Shown: positions 23,398 to 37,027, counted from the stretch's first letter. The stretch: 64,000 nt of DNA from Eledone cirrhosa (GCA_964016885.1 OZ024743.1:37014001-37078000); one strand, 5' to 3'. Notes: generated from the sequence alone by a model not told the origin. A program made the numbers and translations.

Positions 23398-25585
23398 TAT
23401 ATTAGTAATAGGCAGGGCCTGCAAGCAAGCCACAGACCAGACATTTACATCAATATATCCCCTCCTGATGACCTTAAATTAAGACCCATAATAGCAGGTA
23501 CCACATGTGAGACCCACCGCCTAACCAACTTCCTAGATATTCTGCTTAAACCTTTCCTAAAACACATAAAAAGCTTCATAAGGGACCTCCCAACAACACT
23601 TAATAATGAACATACCCTACTAGTAACCTTTGATGTCATCAATCTATATTTCAATATCCCACACAACCTAGGTATAGAGGCAATACAATTCTGGCTTGAA
23701 AATTTCCCTAGTGAACTTCCACAGCGCATCCCTAAAGAATTTGTGTTGGAGGGACTCAAATTCATCTTGGAAAACAATTTCTTCGAATTCAATGCCAAAT
23801 ACTACAGACAGAAACCTGGGACTGCCATGAGCACGAAAGTAGCCCCCTCATACGCCAACCTTGTTATAGGTTATTTGGAAACCCCTCTCTACCGCAAAGT
23901 TCTAGACAAATACGGTAACCACTTCTACCTACACATAGAAAAAAACTGGAAGAGATATCTGGACGACTGCTTCATCCTCTGGCATGAAAGTATAGATAGA
24001 CTGATTGACTCAAAACAAACTTACAATTTACAATGGATTACAGCCATGAACAACTCCCTTTCCTCGACATCCTCATCAAGAAAACAAACAACAAAATAGA
24101 AACAGACATATACTACAAACCCCCAGACTCCAAACAATATCTTCCATTCAACTCGTGCCACCCTCGCCATACCAAAATGGCAATTCCTTATAACCTAGCC
24201 AGAAGGATCTGCACAATAGTTTCTGATAAATACACATGCTACACACAACTAGAAAAATTAAAGAACACACTTATCAGCAGAAACTACCCACCATCCCTCC
24301 CAAAAATGAACCGCATCTCCATACACAACCCCCTCAACAATGAGGCATTCGACACCATCCTCCAGAACATTCCTTTACTAAAAAGAGACCCAAGAATGAA
24401 CAAAATCCTCCGAACACACAACATCATAAAGAGCAAAAGACAACCTAAATCCATAAAAAACATCCTCACACAAGCCAAAATCCAACCAACCCTCACAATG
24501 AACCCTACAGTAAAAAAAAATGCGGAAGGCCCAACTGTGGCATATGCATAAATCTAATAGAAGGTTCAACATTCCATTTTAAACAAGGACAACATTTGAC
24601 AGTTAAACACAACTTTACATGTGCATCTGAAAACCTAATCTATGTTTTGACCTGCTCAGGTTGTCAAGAGCACTACATAGGACAGACAAAAAACAGCCTC
24701 CGACAACGTATGACCAAATCAAAAATACAGAAAGTTTGTTTTTAGTGAACATATCGCCAATTGTACACCTAACGAACATCCAAATTTTAAAATTTTCCCC
24801 CATTTACAAATTCATGGACAACGCTTTCAAAAAAGGCAACGTACCAAAAACGAAACGTACTTCATTAACAAATTCCAACCTCTACTTAATGGACTAAACT
24901 TCGGACTAAACTAAAACTGGAACGAACAATGAACCAAAACCAAATCCCTATGTTCTCTAAAGAGTTACCTCCCTAACACCCTACCTAATCCTTTTTCTTA
25001 TATAAATGAATTAACCCCTCTCATTTATCTCTCCCCTACCTGATGACCCCGAATTACCTTCCCCTGTATATTAACTCTCTAAAAAGGAAAATCATATCAA
25101 ACCCCAGTCTACCATTTGCCTCCATCATGGATCAACTAAGCACTCTTGCCATAATAACACATTTTGAGCTGCTTATCTTCAAGAACTATGCCTGTAAATA
25201 ATATTATTTTTTATTTCCCATTACCTTATCATGTTCCATTACCCCGTTTTTTTCTTTTTTCTTTTCATTTCAAAAACCTTGTTTGTAAATAACATTATTC
25301 TTTCTTCACCATTTCCTTAACATGTTCAACATCACCATTTTACGCCAATACAAATTACCTCTTTGATAATGCATAATATGCTGAAACCCGTAATAGACAA
25401 TTATTAGATATATAAATAAATAAATGCCATTGTTAATTAATAAATAAATTAACTAATACCTCAACGCTTCACACAAAGTAAAATATTTTGTTTTAAACAT
25501 TTTCTAACCCAGAAAAAAGAGAAAAAAATAAAAGGGGAAAAAAAATATTTTTCTTCCTAATAATCGTCTTTTTCTCCCTATTTTC
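23398..25585 (+). mobile_element. Decayed Penelope-like element (RT + C-terminal GIY-YIG), 5'-truncated, in (AT)n
   Basis: RPIIAG, TFDVINLY.NIP, FEFN..YYRQ..GTAM.TKVAPSYANL, WKRYLDDCF, LPFLD, YYKP.DSKQYL..SCHP.H, FTC.SENLIYVLTCSGCQEHYIG; several frameshifts. Confidence 0.9.
25359..25396 (+). ncRNA. Minimal hammerhead variant in the PLE 3' pLTR (degenerate)
   Basis: CTCT-TTGATAA-T-GCAT AAT ATGC-T-GAAA-CCCG-TA-ATAG: U3-A8 covariant core, one mismatch in stem I. Confidence 0.55.
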
Positions 25586-25719
25586 ATATATATATATATA
25601 TATAATATATATATATATTATATATATATTATATATATATAATATATATATATATAATATATATATATATAATATATATATATATAATATATATATATAT
25701 AATATATATATATAATATA

Positions 25720-25794
25720 GTAATAAATATAAATTTGAAGATTAAAGTTTAAGCAAAGAATCGCTGCTTTCACCCTTAACGGGATCTTCTGAAA
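25720..25794 (-). mobile_element. PLE pLTR 3' remnant, inverted copy of 22213-22268
   Basis: Near-exact reverse complement; (AT)n flanks. Confidence 0.6.
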
Positions 25795-26026
25795 TATATA
25801 TATATATATAGGTGTGTACGAGAGAGATAGAGAATGAGAAAGTTTCTGTATCCACAAATCTGGCGAATGGTTTCGATGATTTGCTTTTTCTGTTCAATTC
25901 CTTACTGTCAACCCGCAGTCCTTGCCATATATTGTGAAAATTATTTTGGCACATATCCATGTCATGTCTTGAAAACCAGGATATTAATATTAGGATATGT
26001 ATAGATTCGTTGATAACAACAGTAAC

Positions 26027-26074
<48 letters not shown>

Positions 26075-26076
<2 letters not shown>

Positions 26077-27180
26077 CAAAAAGAAATGGATAGGAAGACT
26101 GAACAAAAAGAAATGGATAAGAAGACTAGGAAGCTATTGACTATCTACAACATGTTCCACAAGAGGAGTGATGTCGATAGACTCTACTTAAGGAGATCTG
26201 AAGGTGGAAGAGGTCTTATCAGCATAGAGGACTGTGTTCAGATGGAGAAAAACAACCTACACAAATACGTGACTGACAGTAGGGAGCCAATGCTCAGAAT
26301 TGGGCTGAAGGCGAGGACAATAGACCAGGGGATGTCCAAGGAGGAAATAACAACAAGGAGAAAGAGCAACCTTCATGAAAAATCCCTTCATAGTACCTTC
26401 TTTGAGAAAACTGAATTCAGAGATCCACAGACATGGAACTGGTTGAAAAGAGGAGACCTTAAAAAGGCTACAGAAGGAATGATAATGGCTGCGCAAGAGC
26501 AGGCCCTCAAAACGAAGTGGCTGAAACACCATATTTACAAGGAGGATGCTAGCCCACTGTGCAGGATCTGTGGAGAGAGAGAGGAGACTATGGCTCACAT
26601 TGTATCTGAGTGTAAACACCTAGCCCAGACTCACTATAAAGGCTGGAGACATGATGTGATCGGCAAGGTGATTCACAGGCACCTATGCAAAGTAAACAAT
26701 TTACCACATTCTGAGAAGTGGTATGAGCATAAGCCAGAGTCGGTGATAGAAAACGATCAGGTGAAGGTGCTGTGGGACTTTAGGATACAGACGGACAAGA
26801 AACTGGAACACAATAGACCTGACCTGGTGGTTTTGGACAAGGAAAAAAGATCGTGCCTGATTGTGGATGTGGCCTGCCCATTCGACACGAGAGTGCAAGA
26901 GAAGGAGAGGGAGAAAACTAATCGATACCAGGACTTAAAGTGGGAGGTAAAAAGGATTTGGAACTGCCATGAAGTCAAAGTGGTCCCGATTGTCATAGGC
27001 ACACTAGGTACTATCTCATAGAGTTTCCAAGGATGGTTAAAGAAAATTGGTCCCGCCCCGCTTTTTGGAACACTTCAAAAGGCATGTTTGCTGGGAACAG
27101 CAAGAACCCTCCGATACGTCCTGAATATCTGAAGCTGCAGGTAGTGGCTTGATATTCATTTCAACAAACTTTCAAGTTAA
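26075..27180 (+). mobile_element. 5'-truncated Dong/R4 RLE retrotransposon inserted at (TAA)n
   Basis: DKKTRKLL, RLYL.R.EGGRGL, AAQEQAL, CRIC..HIVSEC, RHD, LWDF, NRPDLV..DVACP, VPIVIG; premature TAG at 27019-27021, natural stop ~27132; (TAA)n upstream; 27 bp tandem duplication at the 5' junction. Confidence 0.92.
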
Positions 27181-27305
27181 ATAACTGTTTCTACTTTTGG
27201 CACAAGGCCAGCAATTATACCAGTGCATTACTGGTACTTTATTTTATCGACCATGTAAGGATGAAAGGCAAAGTTAACCTCGGCGGGATTTGAACTCAGA
27301 ATGAC

Positions 27306-27336
<31 letters not shown>

Positions 27337-27890
27337 GTTTTTAACACAAGGCCAGGGAAAGATGAAAGTTTATTAGATGATATCAATACTTGCCTAGTAT
27401 TAAAGTTAACATCGATGGCATTTGAAGCCAGGTGATACAGAATTGGTACACATTTCACAAACCATCTATTGGACACTCTAACGATTCTGCCAAACCCCCG
27501 CCCCATTCGTTTATCAGTCATTTCTTACATAAACACAAAGCCACAACTTTAGTGAAAAGGTATTAGTCGATCATATTGACCCCAGTACTTGACTGGTACT
27601 ATATTTCCTCAACCCTGGAAAAGTGAGAGGCAAAGTTGATGCCAACATAATTTTAACTCAGAACGTAAATAGTCATCATTAAATAATATCGCTATCGATT
27701 TTATCCGATGCTCTCAGAATTTTACCAATTTACCAACCATAATACTGTCTAAATTAGGCACAAGGACAGCAATATGGTGTCAGGGGATTCGATTAAATTG
27801 ACCCCAGGACTTGCACTGGTACTTTACTTTATCTATCCTACAAGGGTGAAAGGTAAAATGGATCTCGGCCGGATTTGAACTGATCCATAG
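27180..27890 (-). mobile_element. Chain of ~4 Nin/Deu-like SINE copies (one young truncated, three older)
   Basis: Repeated GGCACAAGGCCAGC..ACTGGTAC..GAAAGGCAAAGT..ATTTGAACTCAG. Confidence 0.75.
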
Positions 27891-27978
27891 CACTAACTAT
27901 AATAATAACACACACTATAACATTCCTTGCCAGTCTTCGGCATCACTACCATCAACTCTACCTGATCTTCACGCACGC

Positions 27979-28054
<76 letters not shown>

Positions 28055-28206
28055 ACACACACATACACACACAAAGAGAGAGACACAATCACACACACTT
28101 TTATTACATCTTTTAGATATTAGTTCTTAAGCAGAAATCAATAAACTTCTGTCAGCCACGAGGAAATATATGCTATGGACACATTAATGCAAAACGAAAA
28201 CATATG

Positions 28207-28260
<54 letters not shown>

Positions 28261-28262
<2 letters not shown>

Positions 28263-28449
28263 CGAAGGAATTGTGGTAAGGAACCAAATGGACTATAGCG
28301 CACCAGAGTACTCAATACTTAGGGTAGTAGAGTGGGAAATAGATAAAAGTATGACCCCGACGGCAGAGCTCAAGCCGTTTCGACGGCTATTTCTGGACTG
28401 AAATAGCCGTCGAAACGGCTTGAGCTCTGCCGTCGGGATCACAATTTTT

Positions 28450-28452
<3 letters not shown>
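28261..28452. mobile_element. Short (AT)n-embedded element ending in a perfect 38 bp-arm palindrome
   Basis: Arms 28356-28393 and 28400-28437, loop TGGACT; GTACTCAA motif at 28308. Confidence 0.6.
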
Positions 28453-28485
<33 letters not shown>

Positions 28486-28529
28486 ATTTGTATACATGTA
28501 TGTATGCAGTTACGTTGGAGCGAACACCC

Positions 28530-28567
<38 letters not shown>

Positions 28568-28740
28568 ATACAACAGAAGAAAAGAAGGAAAAAGAAAGAA
28601 AATAAGAAGAGGAAGAACGAAGGAGGAGGAAGCGGTAGAGAATGGGGAGACGGAAGATTGGCTGTTCAGTGAACCGAAGCATGCATGACTTACTACATTG
28701 GTTCTAATCATTGAGAAACTTACACGAATCAATTAACTCA

Positions 28741-28850
<110 letters not shown>

Positions 28851-29569
28851 AAGGATTATATACCTTACATTATTACAACTGTTTCAATATACAAGTATTT
28901 TTCAAACAGTGTAAATATATATGCATGCGTGTCTATATATATATTCATATGATACACATGCACAGAGAGGGGGGGGGGGGGAGGAGCGTTTAAATGTGTG
29001 CGTGTGCGCAACAAAAGGTATACTTAATCAAATTTTCTGGTTTACTTACTGACCTTGGACAATATTGAATCATAAATCGAATCCATCAAGTATCGATCTT
29101 CATAACATGAAGAAAGGTTGCAACAATCTAGTGAGATAGAAGTGCACTATGGCGAGAGAGTGATGGGAAGAGAGGCACAGAACCTGGATGAGAGAGGGAA
29201 TTAGAAAAACAGAGAACCTGGGGGAGAGAGGGTTGATAGAGAGACAGGGAGAGGGAGATAGAGAGGCTGAGAGAGTGAAAATAGAGAAATAAAAAGAGGG
29301 AGAGGATGGAAAGGTAGCGAGAGGGGAAACCTGTGCAGGTATGGGGCGAGCAGCATGCATAACATCGCTTGTTACTGATAAAGAAGTACACACTAACAAG
29401 TGCAGACAAATGTGCGTGCGTGTTTGTGCGCGCATATGCGCACACACATACACACAGTAGCAGACAGCCTTACAGACACGCACCCTCACAAACAATCATA
29501 ATAACCTTACTATTGGTGTGTATTACTATTTAGTTAGACACTAGATTTCCCCTTCATTAGACATGGAAA

Positions 29570-30600
29570 AATTATTTCTAATATTGGCTCACGGCCAGAT
29601 ATTTTGGTAGAAATATAGACAATTATATTTACCCTAGTATATAACTGGTACTTTTTTTTATTGATGCCAGAAAGATCAATTATAAAGTTCAACTAAGCAG
29701 AATTTGAGCTATATAATATAATAACACTAATGAATATAACACAGCGTTATAATGAATAATTGTTTCTAATTTTGGCACAAGGCCAGCAATAAACCAGTAC
29801 ATTACTGGTACTTTATTTTATCGACCCCGTAAAGATGAAAGGCAAAGTTAACCTCGACGGGTTAATGAATAATGATTTCTATTTTAAGCTCAAGGCCAGT
29901 CATTTGTGGAGAGAGGAACGTCGATTACATTGAGCCCTTTGCGTGACTGGTTCTTTATTTTATCGAACCTGAGGATGAAAAAGGGAGTTTAACCTCAGCT
30001 GAATTTGAACTCAGAACGTTAAGGACCAGAACAAATAGAGCAAAGCATTTTGTCCGACGCTCTAACGATTCTGCCAACCTCTCGTCCTAATAACAACAAC
30101 GACAATAAGTGTTTCTACTATAGGCACAAGGCCAGTAATTTGGGGAGAAGGGAAAGTCGACTAAATCGACCCCAGTGCATTACTGGTACTTTATTTTATC
30201 GACCCCGTAAGGATGAAAGGCAAAGCTAATCTCAGCGCGATCGAACTCAGAACGTAAAGGGCCATAACTCTGTCACAAAGCATAGTGTCCGACGCTCTAA
30301 CGATTCTGCCAGTCTCTCTTCCTAATAACAAAACAACAATAATGATTTCTAGTATAAGCACAAGGCCAGTAATTTGAAGGGGAGGAGAAAGTCGATTAAA
30401 TCGAATCCAGTACATTACTGGGTACTTTATTTTATCGACCGTGTAAGGATGAAAGACAAAGTAGACCTTGGTGGTATTTGAACTCAGTACGTTAATAGCT
30501 AGAACAAATAGAACAAAGCATTTTGTCCGACGGGTTAACAATACGGCCAATCACTCGTCCTAACAACAACAACAATAATAATAAATAATTGTTTCTACTT
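29570..30600 (-). mobile_element. Chain of ~5 same-orientation Nin/Deu-like SINEs
   Basis: Copies at ~29570, 29761 (TSD TAATGAATAAT 29750/29863), 29874, 30105, 30340. Confidence 0.85.
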
Positions 30601-30874
30601 TGTAGTCCTGGCTGCCGAGGCCGCGTGCCCTCGCAACGATTCGATCTTCCGGCACATAGAATGTGTCACGCCATACTTAAGTAGGCGACGCAGTCCGAAC
30701 CGCAAACGTGCATCGCTACGCGGTTAACAATTTCCTATCTTTCATATATATTGTCTACATTCTGGCGATCACCCATTACCTGTTGAGTGAAAAATAAATA
30801 TAAGTTCGTGAGTGTTCTATGTCATATTGAACCTGTTCAACAACTTAGAGTCAAATTCCACCCCCATATTGACA
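30601..30874 (+). mobile_element. Possible solo LTR
   Basis: Abrupt CpG-rich block starting TGTAG, internal AATAAA, candidate end TGACA; no TSD found. Confidence 0.3.
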
Positions 30875-31275
30875 TATGTCTATATAAAGAGATGTCACAA
30901 ACAAAAGCTATTTCTTTACAGCTGCTATATTTGAACTCCTAGTTTACATCAGTTAATATTTACTCAAACTCCTACGTTAAAACTGTCTCTCTCAACCGCT
31001 ACTAACCCTATATTTACCATCATATTATTATGGTCACTAGCAGATAAATTCACACAATTCTGCTGAGACCGATTACAGTGACTTAAACAAATAAATCTAT
31101 TGGTTTAGAAGAGTATAAGAGAGAGAAATAATGTTTCATAATTGAGACAAAAACACTATTTAGATGCTTGGAAAACATTTATTTAGATGTTTGAAAATAT
31201 TGTTGCATCAAAAAGGGAGACAGGGGAGAATGATTCAATTATAGAGTGATTCAATTATAAAATCCTTACTAAGTA

Positions 31276-31720
31276 TCAGGCAGAGAGATGGAGAGAGATT
31301 GTCGAGTCACACTGCGGCAGGTCCTTAAGAAATTGTGGGAGTACTGCCAAAGGGTATATTCTTTTTTCGTAAACCTCAAAAAGACATATGACCGCATTCC
31401 ACAGGGCCTGTTGTGGAAGGTTCTTCAGGAGTATGGGATCAATGTGCAGTTTTTTGTTACCCTGAAGTCTACATAAAATCCCCTCGTATTTGTGTTCGGA
31501 TAAATGGTGCTGAGTCAAAACCGTTCAATGTGGGTGTCGGGCTCCACCAAGAGTGCGCACTGTCACCTCTCCTGTTCATGGATAGGATTGACATGCGCAG
31601 TTGAGTTGGAAGTGGTATAGTGACTGATCAGTTGACTGGATTCTGCTGACGATATGGTACTAATTAACTCGCCAGGTGATCTCCGACATGCATTTAATAG
31701 GTTTGTTGCCGAGTGCTGCA
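31276..31720 (+). pseudogene. RTE-clade RT fragment
   Basis: TLRQVLKKLWEY..FFVNLKKTYDRIP..LWKVLQEYG, VRING..SKPFNVGVGLHQECALSPLLF, ADDMVL. Confidence 0.85.
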
Positions 31721-32425
31721 GGACAAATAAAAATTCTTTCCTCGGGATTTCAGGAATTACCCACGGCCCTTATGTGTACCATTGGGGTGTTCTTTGCAAG
31801 TCTATGACCGTTTCAAATATTTATATTTAATACACGATATCGCATATATATATGTGGGTCACGAGGAAAAACTGAAAAAAAAATTGCTGATCGATGTGTT
31901 TGACAGGTACTTATTATATAGACACCTCCCACGGAACATTGGAAGGAAATTCGATAAACAGATGGATAAATAATGTAAATACAGCAACTATTCATTATAA
32001 CATAAGATATTAGTTCTTTCTTGAAAGCATTTGGTATAGGTACACATATAGAATCATTTATATAAGAATGTCTGAGATTATTGATTATTTTGTCGACTCT
32101 AATTCAAATTAGCAAAGGAATTGGTAAGGAACTGGTAGCAGTTATCGTTCTGCAATGAATATGTTTATTAACAACACACAAACACAAACATATGTAAACA
32201 CACACACAATCATACTTTGCTGACTCAAAGACACCCCCCCCCCCCCAAAAAAAAAAAAAAAATGAGTTATTCAGATTTTATCGATCACTAAAGGTGAAAA
32301 GAACTAAATCGAACCTGAAAGGTATTTGAGTCAACTTCAAACATAAAGCAATATGACTATATAGTTCAAAGGATTTAGCTTATAAATATATATAATAAAA
32401 AGACACACACAATTTACATATATAC

Positions 32426-32490
<65 letters not shown>

Positions 32491-32592
32491 AGCTATATGA
32501 GCACGAAACTTCTGGCTGTCGAGCCACTAATTATAATTTTGCAGCTACAATAAAACGACACACAAAAACACACACACAATATATGGATATAT

Positions 32593-32626
<34 letters not shown>

Positions 32627-32754
32627 TCCTGCTCATATATGCACTTATATGCTTGCTTTATGGGTTTCTGCAACAATTACTCTAAACATACACTAAATTG
32701 AGGAGACATACTGTGTATAGAATCAATATAATATTTGTTATTAATAGTGGTATA

Positions 32755-33570
32755 TATGGTGGTGGATTGACAGACTATTTAAAATCGGCAAAAATACTTT
32801 GCGACAATTGTTTCGACTGACTTCAAATCCCACCGAGGCCAACTTTGTCTTTCATCCTCCTGTGCTTGTTGGAATGAATTACCAGCCGAAGTACCCGGGT
32901 CTATTTAATTGAGTTTCCCCTCACCTCAAATTGCTAGTGTTGTTCCTAAAGTAGAAATCATTATTATCAATACGGCTAGGACGGTGGGCTGGCAGCATAG
33001 GTAAAGCGTCGTACACCATGCTTTGCAGCAAAGAGTTATGGCTCTTTACGTTCTGTGTTCAAATCCCGCCGAGGTTAGCTTTGCTTTTAATCCTAACGGG
33101 GTCGATAAAATAAAGTACCAATCACGTACTGAAATCGATTTAATCGACTTTCCCCTCCCCTAAATTGCTGGACTTGTGCCCAAATCAGAACCCATTATTA
33201 TCATGGCAGTATCGGTAGAGAGTCGGACGCCATGCTTTGCAGCAAAGAGTTACGGCCCTTTATGATCTGAGTTCAAATTCCGCCGAGGTTAACTTTGCCT
33301 TTCATCCTTATGGGGTCGATAAAATAAAGTACCAGTAATACCCTGGGATAATTGCTGGCCTTGTGCCAAAAGTAGAAACAATTATATCAATATGGCTGAG
33401 GTAGTCAGAACCGATAGAGCACCGGACAATATACGGTTTCAGTGTTTAGTTATGTTTCTTTTTACGTCGTCAGTTCAAGTCCTGTCGGGATGGATTTTTC
33501 ATTTTAACCTTTTGTGGTCGAGAAACTAAATATCTGTCAATAAATGTAGTTAATTTAATCGTCTATAACC
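32755..33570 (+). mobile_element. Chain of 4 Nin/Deu-like SINEs
   Basis: Copies at ~32755, 32975, 33205, 33395; TGGCAG..TAG head, GTTCAAATCC B box, CTTTGCCTTTCATCC..GGTCGATAAAATAAAGTACCAG core. Confidence 0.85.
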
Positions 33571-34500
33571 CCCACTCCCACCCATACACACATACAAGCA
33601 CTTCTTTAGAACGTGTTGTTTTATTGTCTGTTAGAAATCATTGTTATTTTGTTTTGTTTGTTTCTGTTTTAGTATGGTCGTATGATGTCACTCCGTGTCT
33701 CAACTTTCACATTTTACGTTTAACCGTTATATATTGGCTTTTCCCTCACATTTTATATGTCAAATACATTTAACGACATAACGATATCCGCTTATTAACA
33801 ATTATTTAGTTAAAAAATAGGACTTTTTTTTATTTGAGCAATGACAACTGGAATAACAAGCTAATTGTAATATAAAAAAGTGAAATTGTAGAATCCGAAC
33901 AAACTAGTGATGGTCACTGATATGGTTGAGGATATTACTGAAGTTAACTTCGTTCCGTGGTTTTAGATTTTAAACACCTCCAAGAGATATTTGTGTGTAT
34001 TAACTACAGAGATAAACTTGATCGATGTTTTAAAAATCCTTGCGTTCTGGTTTCATCTCTTTTTGACTAAATCATAACAAAACTATGCAAGACCCTGCTG
34101 TAGTGGTCGTCACCATAGACAAAAAGTAAATAGAAACAATTCACAAAATGGAAGGAATTGGTTAGTCTTGGTGAAGAGATGTTCGGTGTTCCGGACCGGG
34201 CTCTTCATCGAACAATGTAAATATAATTCATCATATCTATATTTAAACCCTAACCTGAATTATGCTATGCATTATGCTATGTCCCCACTCCTGTATAAAA
34301 AAAAAAATCCGTTTAAAAACATGTTTCATGACAATTTGAATAAAATAGTGTTTTTCTTTCCTTGATGCCCTAAACATGTGCTAATTTTGTTTATTGGTTA
34401 ATTTAGCATTACGCTTGACTTAGATGGGTTTTCGGTAACTTACAATTCCGAATTTGAATCTAATGTTTCATTTTCTTCTTTGTTATTCATTATTACAATA

Positions 34501-34691
34501 AAGGGCGGTGGATTGGCAGTATCGGTAGAGAGTCGAGCACCATGCTTTGAAGCATAGAGTTACCTCCCTTTATGATCTGAGTTCAAATCCCGCCGAGGTT
34601 AACTTTGCCTTTCATCCTTACGGGGTCGATAAAATAAAGTACCAGTAATTCACTGGGATAATTGCTGGCCTGGTGCCAAAAGTAGAAACAT
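34501..34691 (+). mobile_element. Full-length young SINE (short variant) with 11 bp TSD TTATTACAATA
   Basis: TSD at 34490-34500 and 34692-34702. Confidence 0.9.
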
Positions 34692-35308
34692 TTATTACAA
34701 TATTACCTGAATATAATTAGATCACCGAACGATAAATCAAGAATAATACCCTAACTCCATCAGTCTAGAAGGAATGTGATGACTCTTTCCCTAATGGTGA
34801 AAACAAACATACATAGCAATGTTGATAATCAACAGGATTTGGTTCTGAGAAACAGTTTAAAACATAAGAGAGCAAATCTGTAGTGGGTGGCCTAAAGAAG
34901 TAAAGTAAACATTTTTAAGGGCAGGTCATATACTTGTCTAAATAATATGTTCAAATATAACAGGAATCTTGACAAAATTGGAAGTTGGTAGTTTAAATAA
35001 AATTCTTAAAAGTTATGTTGGCTTATTGGTTACGTAATAAAGTCTCCTAAACAAGTATATAAAATATTTTCTTAAGCCTATGAGTAATAGAAAAGAAAAT
35101 CTCAAATAGTTAGTAATATTAGTAATACAATGTAAGTAATGTGGAAAGTAGTTCTATGGAAGAATGATTTGTTTGACGATGGATATAGAAATGGTTAAAC
35201 AGGTTATACAAGATTCCCATTAAACACACACACATATACATATATAATACATATACACATACACATAAACATATATGCACTCACACACTTATACACTCAC
35301 ACACACAC

Positions 35309-35342
<34 letters not shown>

Positions 35343-35489
35343 TGGCACACACACACACACTCATACGTATGCGTCACAATTTTAATCCATATTAACTGAC
35401 GAAGAGGCGGTGTATTTGGTGTTTTGTTACTGCACATATGTAACCAGAATCTTCCAGACTTCAGACATAAAGAATTCATATAGTCACTG

Positions 35490-35539
<50 letters not shown>

Positions 35540-35543
<4 letters not shown>

Positions 35544-35672
35544 ATTGTTTCTACTTTAGGCACAAGGCCAGCAATTACCCAGTGCATTACTGGTACTTTA
35601 TTTTATCGACCTCGTAAGGATGAAAGGCAAAGTAAACCTCGGCGGGATTTGAACTCAGATCGTAAAGGGACG
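35540..35672 (-). mobile_element. Young SINE, 5'-truncated
   Basis: High similarity to 34501-34691. Confidence 0.85.
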
Positions 35673-35789
35673 TATATATATATATAATAATGGTGCCGTG
35701 GAACTAGTTCATATATTAAGAACCAGTTTTAAATTATTCGTAAATCTAGGAAGCTTAACATGTTTGTATTGTAATATAATTAACAAATA

Positions 35790-36784
35790 CAGATAGATCT
35801 CGATTATACGAACTAGTTGGGTGGAGAGTAAGTTTTCGGATAACTTATTGTTCAGTTAATTGATCTGATGTTTAACAAAGGAAGCCACGTTGACCATAAT
35901 TACATAAAATATAGCATGGTAATAATTTAGCTTGTATGAATATTTCAATGTTGTACTGTTGTGCAATCTTTGTGACCTTCTCACCACGACCCAAACTGTG
36001 AAAAATTTCGATTTTTTGTACGATTGTCAATAGTATTTGCTTTCTCTTTACAGAAGTGGTAACAGCAACAAACACAGTTACTTGTAACAAACTCCTATGG
36101 TGAATAGAGACACTACTGATTTTGCCATACATTAAAGTCCTTCAGCTAGTTAGCACTTTGTATGTGTTAAATTCTTTTTAAAATTACTTAAAATGACCAA
36201 CTCAAACAAAATCAGTCGGTATAGAGTAATTTGATAACTGTGAAAACTTGTAATATTTCCCATCTTCTTCAGTAATACTAATTATCTTTTAATCACTGTA
36301 AACATCAACGAAGTCGTTGCATGTGAATTATTCTCTAGTTCCAGTTACACCTAGTATGCCGTACATTGAACCCGTAACTTTTTGTGGGGTCGTAAAGGCG
36401 GCGTCGTGATATACAATATACAGAGTGTCTTAGTCATCTTAATGTTGGTGGAGACCAATTCTTTCCAAATCCGATTTCTTCTACAGAGTGAGAAATAGGA
36501 GGGGGGGGGGTAAGAAAGCCACAGAGGAAGAATTGACCCAGTACTAAACCTGTGTTTATCGATCTCGAAAGGAAAGGATGAAAGGCAATAAAGACCTCGG
36601 AAGAATTTGAACTCAGAGCGCAGAAAGCCGAAATGAATACTGCAAAATATTCTGACATTCTAATGACTGCTTAGTCACCATATCACACCTAATATGGCTA
36701 ATTCAATATTCACAGGATCTTGATATTTTGATCAAATAATACAAAATTCAGATAAGTGATGTTCAGATAACTGAGGTGTCGTTG
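35790..36784 (-). mobile_element. Decayed Tigger/pogo transposon containing a SINE (~36500-36670, -)
   Basis: CENP-B-type HTH remnant KRKQILLTIVQKIEIFHSLGRGEKVTKIAQQYNI; Tigger-like ends TA|CAGATAGATCTCGATTATACGAAC and GTTCAGATAACTGAGGTGTCGTTG|TA. Confidence 0.6.
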
Positions 36785-37027
36785 TAATTATGTATCAATC
36801 TTATATGCACATGGTTAGTTCTTTATAAAATGATTTTCCCAGTGACTTTTAAGCTATTAAAGTTCTCACACAGTATATCTCGCCACTAATGATCTCACGT
36901 CTTCCTGTTTAACTCACTGCTTTCATTCGATTGATTTAGTGATTGATATTATTACGTCCCTGTCAGCTTAGGATTGAGTTTATCTATCATCATAGGTGTT
37001 CCATCCGTAACCATCCTGTCTTCCTTA

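Noticed and set aside
25040-25060. CTGATGA in the PLE 3' region
   Set aside because: No stem II or GAAA follows
34179-34214. Hammerhead on the - strand (TGTTC-GATGA..GGAA-CACC-GAACA)
   Set aside because: Stem I is present but both core boxes are damaged; at most a fossil
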